In this document: positions 55,451-60,735 of the stretch, in pieces
How positions within the stretch are numbered: position 1 is the stretch's first letter
Layout: every line of letters begins with the position of its first letter
Origin: Rhodothermales bacterium
Lineage (GTDB): Bacteria; Bacteroidota; Rhodothermia; Rhodothermales; JABDKH01
Reading direction: 5' to 3'
DNA: 60,735 nucleotides
Assembly (NCBI GenBank): GCA_041609895.1
Contig: JBFIPX010000002.1
Span: 1 to 60,735 of the forward strand
Program-made: the position numbers and the translations under genes
Notes under the pieces: model-generated
The model's database searches: none
What the model saw: the letters and a program-made list of their open reading frames with translations, nothing else
Told to the model about the DNA's origin: nothing

Positions 55451-56358
55451 CAGTACGCAGCCTCCGTCGCCTTCGTGCGATTGAGCAACACCTGGCTGAA
55501 GGTGAACAGGATCACGAAAATCACCATCGACAACGCCGCCGCCCAACCAAAGCGATACGCGTTGAATGCCGCCTTGTAAACGAACGATACCAGGATGTGC
55601 GTCTGATCATTGGGCTCTCCCATGTTCGACACCAGCCAGACGACATTAATGTTATTGAAAGTCCAAACGATGCCGAGGGTGATCGCCGGAAGCATGACCG
55701 GTTTCAAGAGCGGCGCGGTTACGTTCCAGAACTTCTTCCACGCGGATGCACCGTCCACGTCGGCCGCTTCGTAAAGCTCGGCCGGAATCGACTGCAATCC
55801 ACCGAGCGCAATCACCATCATGAAAGGAAATCCCAGCCAGATATTCGTGAGAATGGCGGCGGCAAAGGCTTCGAAAGGAGACGTAAGCCACTCTACCGGA
55901 GATAGATTCATGTACTTGGTGATCAGGAGATTGATCGCTCCATAGTCATAGTTGAACATCCCCCGCCAGGTCAACGCAGTGATGTACTGCGGAAGCGCCC
56001 ACGGGAGAATCAAAAGCACCCGCCATGCCGGCTTGCCAACGACGAACTTCTGGTGCAGAAGCACGGCAAGGAACACGCCGATGACGACATGAAATACGAT
56101 GTTCACTCCCGTCCAGACGACCGTCTTGAAGAGTATCTCCCAGAACTTCGGCTCCTGAAATACGGCGAAGTACTGCTGAAGCCCGACTACCTCCCAGTCT
56201 CTGATGTGGTAGATGTTCATGTTCGACAGGGACAACACCACGTTGAACATGAATGGATAGGCGACGACCGCTAACACCAGCACGACAGTTGGCGCAAGCA
56301 GGAACAGCAGGAACATTCGCGCCTGACGCTTCTCGCTATGGTTGCTTACAAACTCCAA
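55450..56358 (-). CDS. Carbohydrate ABC transporter permease (MalF-like)
   Basis: Six TM segments. The EAA loop is LYEAADVDGASAWKKFWNVTAPL. Confidence 0.9.
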   Translation of the reverse strand: MEFVSNHSEKRQARMFLLFLLAPTVVLVLAVVAYPFMFNVVLSLSNMNIYHIRDWEVVGLQQYFAVFQEPKFWEILFKTVVWTGVNIVFHVVIGVFLAVLLHQKFVVGKPAWRVLLILPWALPQYITALTWRGMFNYDYGAINLLITKYMNLSPVEWLTSPFEAFAAAILTNIWLGFPFMMVIALGGLQSIPAELYEAADVDGASAWKKFWNVTAPLLKPVMLPAITLGIVWTFNNINVVWLVSNMGEPNDQTHILVSFVYKAAFNAYRFGWAAALSMVIFVILFTFSQVLLNRTKATEAAY

Positions 56359-56415
56359 TCAGGATGATGGCTGGTTCAATGGGCCACTTAGATTGCCACG
56401 TACGATCAGTTGTAA

Positions 56416-57633
56416 TCACAAGAAGGTGTCGGCGATTCGTTTCTCCACTTCTCGCTGCATAAGCTCGGCGCCTTCCCGTGGGGTCACGGCACCATTCATG
56501 ATCAACTGGTACGGACCCCGCATCCCATCCCATATCTGCCGCATCTTGGGGTCGATGGGCATCGGACGACTCACTTCGATTTGTGAAAGAGATCGCTCAA
56601 GAAGCGGGTTCTCGTTCATAACCTCTGATTGACGCACTTCCGTAATAACCGGAATCGTCGAAAGCTCGCGAGCCATCGCGGCCTGCATCTTCGGGCTTGT
56701 GAGATACTCGAGCACGCGGCGCACGAAAGGCAGCTTCTCGTCAGGAACGTTCACATTGACGCTGTATCCCTTGGAAGACACGACCGGGGCGCACCACAGG
56801 CCGGTGTCGGCGTTCATCGGGATGCGAGCAAGGCCGTAGTCAATACCCGACTGTTCATATCCGGTCCACGACCAGGGTCCGTTAATAATGGCGGGAACGC
56901 GCTCTTCCTTGAAGGTTGCCTCCGCCGTGTCGTAGTCGGTGGTGCCGGGAATCAGCCGGTATTTGTCGCGTAGGTCGAGAATCAGTTGTATGGCGTCGAC
57001 GGTAGCCTTCGTATTCAAAGAGGGACGGCCCTCGTCGTCCATGACCCAACCGCCATGGCAGGTCAAAAACGGGAGGAAGAAGAACGGCTCCGTGTAGTTC
57101 CACGTCAGCCCATACGTGACATCCGGCCGCTCCTTGATCTCAGTCAGCAACGCGATCATTTCCGAAAGGGTCTCGGGCGGCTCCGTAATGAATCGCTTGT
57201 TGTAGACGAACATCAGGTGGTTGCCGACCTGGTCGGCGAGCATCCATGGCCTGTCGTTCCAGCGAATGAGCCCTTCGTCGTTGAACTGCGACAGATACGT
57301 GCCCGGCAGTACGCGGTCGATGGGCATGATGGACTCGGTAAGCGCCAGCACGGATACGTTGTCCGACGGACCGAACAGCAACTCGGGACCCTTGCCTCCG
57401 ACCGAGGCGATCACGAAGAGATTTCTCGCCTCTTCGTTTTCGCGGTAGAGTACTTCAACGACGTGGTCGTCGTTCGCTTCATTGTATTCCGCGATAACCC
57501 GTTCAAAGAAGAGACGCTCCGGACCAATTTTCTGGTGCCAGATCCTGATTCTAGGTACGTCCGGAGCACTCGCGCAGCCTGCCACTAGAAGTGTCAGTCC
57601 ACACAATGCGAGCCGTGACGCGGACTTACTCAT
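56416..57633 (-). CDS. Family-1 sugar (maltodextrin-type) solute-binding lipoprotein
   Basis: Lipobox LLVAGCAS. The layout is MalE-like (IRIWHQ, VGGKGPELLFGPSDN, PAIINGPW). Confidence 0.85.
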   Translation of the reverse strand: MSKSASRLALCGLTLLVAGCASAPDVPRIRIWHQKIGPERLFFERVIAEYNEANDDHVVEVLYRENEEARNLFVIASVGGKGPELLFGPSDNVSVLALTESIMPIDRVLPGTYLSQFNDEGLIRWNDRPWMLADQVGNHLMFVYNKRFITEPPETLSEMIALLTEIKERPDVTYGLTWNYTEPFFFLPFLTCHGGWVMDDEGRPSLNTKATVDAIQLILDLRDKYRLIPGTTDYDTAEATFKEERVPAIINGPWSWTGYEQSGIDYGLARIPMNADTGLWCAPVVSSKGYSVNVNVPDEKLPFVRRVLEYLTSPKMQAAMARELSTIPVITEVRQSEVMNENPLLERSLSQIEVSRPMPIDPKMRQIWDGMRGPYQLIMNGAVTPREGAELMQREVEKRIADTFL

Positions 57634-59524
57634 CGGCTCCCGACGGGACTGGGGACGAGTCCGACTCGACCAGCAGCGCAGCTGTAAGTGGCTGTAGCTC
57701 GACGGCCAACGTCACGCCGTCGTCTGAGACGCGGACATCGCCGTCTGCCGATGCGGAGAGGGCCACCGAAGCGCCGGTCCATCCAATAGCCGACTTTTCC
57801 ATCTCGATGGTCTGCGCATCTTCGTCGCGATTCATTACGACCACCGCAGCATCACTCTCGAGGCGGCGGACGAAGGCCGCCACACCGTCGGAGTCGCTGG
57901 TTCCAATCGCGTCGAACCCGCCGCGCCGAAGCACCTCCCTGCCGTGCCGCTCGCCAAACGCTCTTCGATAGAATGCAAAGAGTTCGTGGTCAAAGGCCAC
58001 GGTGTCCGCCGGACGGGTCCGACCGTAGGGATGGCTAGCCTGTACATCAAACTGCATGTCGTCCCACGTGGTCGGCATGCGATCGTCCGGGTCGTCCGCG
58101 CCCCACATTCCGGCTTCGGTACCGTAGTAGATCATCGGCGCCCCCACGTGCGTGGCTTGCACCAACGCGATCATACGTTGAATGCGGCGCTCCATCTCAT
58201 TGGGCTTACGGACATCATAGCTCGGTTCGCCACCCCATCCGTCGCGGTCGTAGTCGAACACGTCAGGCTCCGTATATCTCGACTCCCTGTTGACGATCAT
58301 CGACGCGATGCGCGGGGTGTCATGCGAATCGACCAGGTTGAGTAGCGCGAACCGATTCGGAGCGTCATAAATCGCAGCGCGGTCCTTTAGCATGTCCACG
58401 AACTCCGATCCGGATACCTGCCGATCCACAAGAAAGCCTTTGACCGGCATGGCAAATGCATGGTAGTTCATTGTACTGGAGAAGCCGCCGCGGCGCACAT
58501 CGCCAGCCGCATCGTGCCAGATCTCTGCGACCGTATACGCGTCCGGGTTGATACCACGCACGTAAGCGTTCCAGTCAGCCCAAAACCCGATCGGCATGTC
58601 GGGCACGACATCGAGTCTCCAACCGGCGATGCCATCGGAGGGATCGCCGTCTGCGTTAGGGTCCATCCATCGGCGAGTAGCATCGAAAACGTATTTCTTG
58701 GGGCCCGGATGCAGGTCCTTTCCGTCTGGCGTGTCGGCGAACTCCGGCAGCGGCTTGTGTCCCCACCAGCCCTGGTGATCAAACTCGTCTTCCGGCGTGG
58801 CCGGGTCATCAAAGCTGTGTATGATGTACCAGTCCTTGTAGGGCGACTCTTCTCCGCGTTGGCGCACATCCACGAACGCGAAAAAGTCGCGGCCGGTGTG
58901 ATTCCATACCCCGTCGATCACGACACGGATGTTACGTCCACTTGCCTCCGCGAGAAGCTCGAGGAATAGACTATCCGCGGCCGTCCATTGCCAGGTCTCG
59001 GGGTCCGCAGTCTCCTCTGCCATCATCTGTAGGTCGCCGTCAGGGTCGGGACCGAAATAAGGATCGATGTGGTGGTATGTGTTGCCGTCGTATTTGTGGA
59101 GTGAACGCGCGTAGAACAGCGGATTGAAGTAGATCGTGTTTATCCCGAGGTCAGCAAGATACTCGAGCTTTTCGATTACACCGGCAAGATCGCCTCCATA
59201 TCGGCGGCGACGCAGCGGCTCATAGAAATCATCCGACATGGCTTTTTCCCAGTCGGATCGAGCGTACCAGTCGCCGGTCCAGCTGCTCACGCGCCACGAT
59301 TCAGGCACCGTGTGTGGTTCGTCCAGCGACTCTCGTGTCGGATCGTTGCTCGGGTCGCCGTTCCTGAATCTTTCGGGGAAGATCTGATAGAACACAGCGT
59401 CCGCCGCCCAGTCAGGAACGGTGGGAACATCGCTTCTCTGCCGTCCCTCTCCGCCTCGTGTCGCTTCGCAGCCAGCCGCAATCAGCGAGACAAAAACAAA
59501 TCCGAACAAAAATGTACACTTCAT
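57626..59524 (-). CDS. GH13 alpha-amylase-family glycosidase, lipoprotein
   Basis: Lipobox LIAAGCE. The four GH13 conserved regions are present: DGVWNHTG, GWRLDVVPD, VAEIWHD, LVDSHDTPR. Confidence 0.9.
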   Translation of the reverse strand: MKCTFLFGFVFVSLIAAGCEATRGGEGRQRSDVPTVPDWAADAVFYQIFPERFRNGDPSNDPTRESLDEPHTVPESWRVSSWTGDWYARSDWEKAMSDDFYEPLRRRRYGGDLAGVIEKLEYLADLGINTIYFNPLFYARSLHKYDGNTYHHIDPYFGPDPDGDLQMMAEETADPETWQWTAADSLFLELLAEASGRNIRVVIDGVWNHTGRDFFAFVDVRQRGEESPYKDWYIIHSFDDPATPEDEFDHQGWWGHKPLPEFADTPDGKDLHPGPKKYVFDATRRWMDPNADGDPSDGIAGWRLDVVPDMPIGFWADWNAYVRGINPDAYTVAEIWHDAAGDVRRGGFSSTMNYHAFAMPVKGFLVDRQVSGSEFVDMLKDRAAIYDAPNRFALLNLVDSHDTPRIASMIVNRESRYTEPDVFDYDRDGWGGEPSYDVRKPNEMERRIQRMIALVQATHVGAPMIYYGTEAGMWGADDPDDRMPTTWDDMQFDVQASHPYGRTRPADTVAFDHELFAFYRRAFGERHGREVLRRGGFDAIGTSDSDGVAAFVRRLESDAAVVVMNRDEDAQTIEMEKSAIGWTGASVALSASADGDVRVSDDGVTLAVELQPLTAALLVESDSSPVPSGADE

Positions 59525-60735
59525 TGCGCGACTCTCAATAGACTGGTTGTAATCACCTCCCTACCAGCCTCGAATCGAACGATGTACATTCCACTCGGAT
59601 GGCCGTTTGCATTCCACTCCCGAAGATGTCCGCCTGCTCCCAACGCTTCATCGACGATGGTGGCCACCCGTCTACCGAGCACGTCGAACACATCGATGCG
59701 CACGTGTCGTGCATCGGGAATCTGAAACCGTAGGGTCGCTGTCTCTGCGAACGGATTGGGATACGGTGTCTCAAACGAAACCGTTGCAGGGAGTTCATTG
59801 AAATCACCCTCCTCCACCCCGACCGTGATCAGTCCGGGTTCGGGCGTATCAACCTGTACGTCCGTGTAGATGTGGAACTCACCGGGCGCCAGCGTAATGG
59901 AGGCGCCTGGATCCGCGACCTCGATACTCGTTCCCGAAAAGAAATCGTACCAGGTACCTGAGCTCTGAAAGTCCGGATTGACGGCTCTTTCGACTACGTC
60001 GAAGTTGCCGACGATCGTCACGTTCATGCTGGGATGCGTGAGGCTGATTCGCTTGACGGCGCCGCCCACTGCTAGCGTGGCATCCGTATCCAGGCTCGTG
60101 AACACCTCATGGTTTCGACGAAGATTGATGATTGCCGACCACGTCTTGTAGAGGCGCTCGCGCAGGGGGTCGTCACGGTACTGCCACCGGATAGGCTTCG
60201 GATCTGTTCTGTCGGCCGTACCGGTTGGACAGTCACCCAGCGTCCCGTCACCCGGCCTTAGGCATTCCCGACCTCTAGGACCATAACCGTAACCCAGCTC
60301 GCCGAACTGCCACATCATCTTGGGGCCGGGAATGGTGAAGAAGAAGGCGCCGGCCATCTTCATGCGGTCGAGGGCCATGTTGAGGTCACGAACGTTGTAC
60401 GTGCCGAAGTTCTCCGGCAGACTCGGGTCACAGGCAGCACCCCCGGTGGGCGAACGTTCGCAAGCGCCAAACGCGATGTTCTTGAACATCAGCCACTGTT
60501 CGTCGTGACTCTCCATGTAGGAAATGAGATGTGGCACGGAGAAGCCACGGCCACCAGCACCGTAGTACACACCGGCAAAGTTGGACTTTCCATTGGAATG
60601 GTAGCCCATCGTCGCCTCGTTATAAAAAAAGTTCTGGTTGTTCCAGAGCATCATCCCAGGCTTACCCTCGGTCATCCGGTACTCCGCCAGCTCGCGCTCT
60701 TCGCGATCCTCTGCGAAGTGCTCCAGGATCACGTA
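59521..60735 (-). CDS. Alpha-amylase-family protein with a T9SS C-terminal sorting domain (5' end outside the window)
   Basis: The frame stays open to the window edge. It has a YMESHDEQ region and a C-terminal Por-type domain (PYPNPFAETATLRFQIP...SGMYIVRFEAG...LLRVAQ). Its stop overlaps the next gene's start (ATGA at 59521-59524). Confidence 0.75.
   Translation of the reverse strand, partial: YVILEHFAEDREERELAEYRMTEGKPGMMLWNNQNFFYNEATMGYHSNGKSNFAGVYYGAGGRGFSVPHLISYMESHDEQWLMFKNIAFGACERSPTGGAACDPSLPENFGTYNVRDLNMALDRMKMAGAFFFTIPGPKMMWQFGELGYGYGPRGRECLRPGDGTLGDCPTGTADRTDPKPIRWQYRDDPLRERLYKTWSAIINLRRNHEVFTSLDTDATLAVGGAVKRISLTHPSMNVTIVGNFDVVERAVNPDFQSSGTWYDFFSGTSIEVADPGASITLAPGEFHIYTDVQVDTPEPGLITVGVEEGDFNELPATVSFETPYPNPFAETATLRFQIPDARHVRIDVFDVLGRRVATIVDEALGAGGHLREWNANGHPSGMYIVRFEAGREVITTSLLRVAQ

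Overview
High-GC bacterial chromosomal window with about 50 protein genes. I recognised no rRNA, tRNA, CRISPR array, transposase or integrase. Two secreted proteins carry T9SS-type C-terminal sorting domains. Together with a GWxTD protein, HprK and NtrC/sigma-54 circuitry, this suggests (inference only) a Bacteroidota-related, Rhodothermales/Salinibacter-like organism.

Content from left to right:
- a partial TonB-dependent receptor on the reverse strand, absent from the ORF track because it has no stop inside the window
- UspA, then an NHEJ pair (LigD with Pol-PE-Lig domain order, and Ku)
- a TPR gene whose last 16 codons are duplicated 4.7 kb downstream; the two copies bracket a module of PAS/PP2C phosphatase, secreted protein and T9SS cargo
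- a cluster of porin-like protein, Na+/solute symporter and Tat-exported TIM-barrel protein
- a crotonase and a small GIY-YIG protein
- a roughly 12 kb copper/metal island: a 20-bp perfect palindrome, a decayed HMA gene, a GDCCVxC protein, a Cys/His-rich small protein, cusCBA, a DUF2231 fusion coupled to cusA, a CPH-type CopB ATPase split by an in-frame TAG, DUF302, and a methyltransferase
- a MoaD-GG gene overlapping a BNR-propeller gene
- clpB and a Ser/Thr kinase
- an SBP / histidine kinase / NtrC operon, followed by twin inverted repeats and a sigma-54-like promoter ahead of a TPR lipoprotein
- smc
- a same-strand run of degenerate galactokinase homologue, MoxR and HprK
- fmt, GWxTD, ftsY, and a CDP-alcohol phosphatidyltransferase
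- a GT2 glycosyltransferase whose conserved N-terminus lies upstream of any canonical start codon
- a maltodextrin ABC/GH13 locus

Best candidates for follow-up:
- the repeat-bracketed module at 5786-10559
- the partly decayed copper island, including the cusA-coupled DUF2231 fusion
- the MoaD-BNR pair
- the galactokinase-like pseudoenzyme upstream of MoxR and HprK

All family assignments come from motif recognition by eye. No database search was run.
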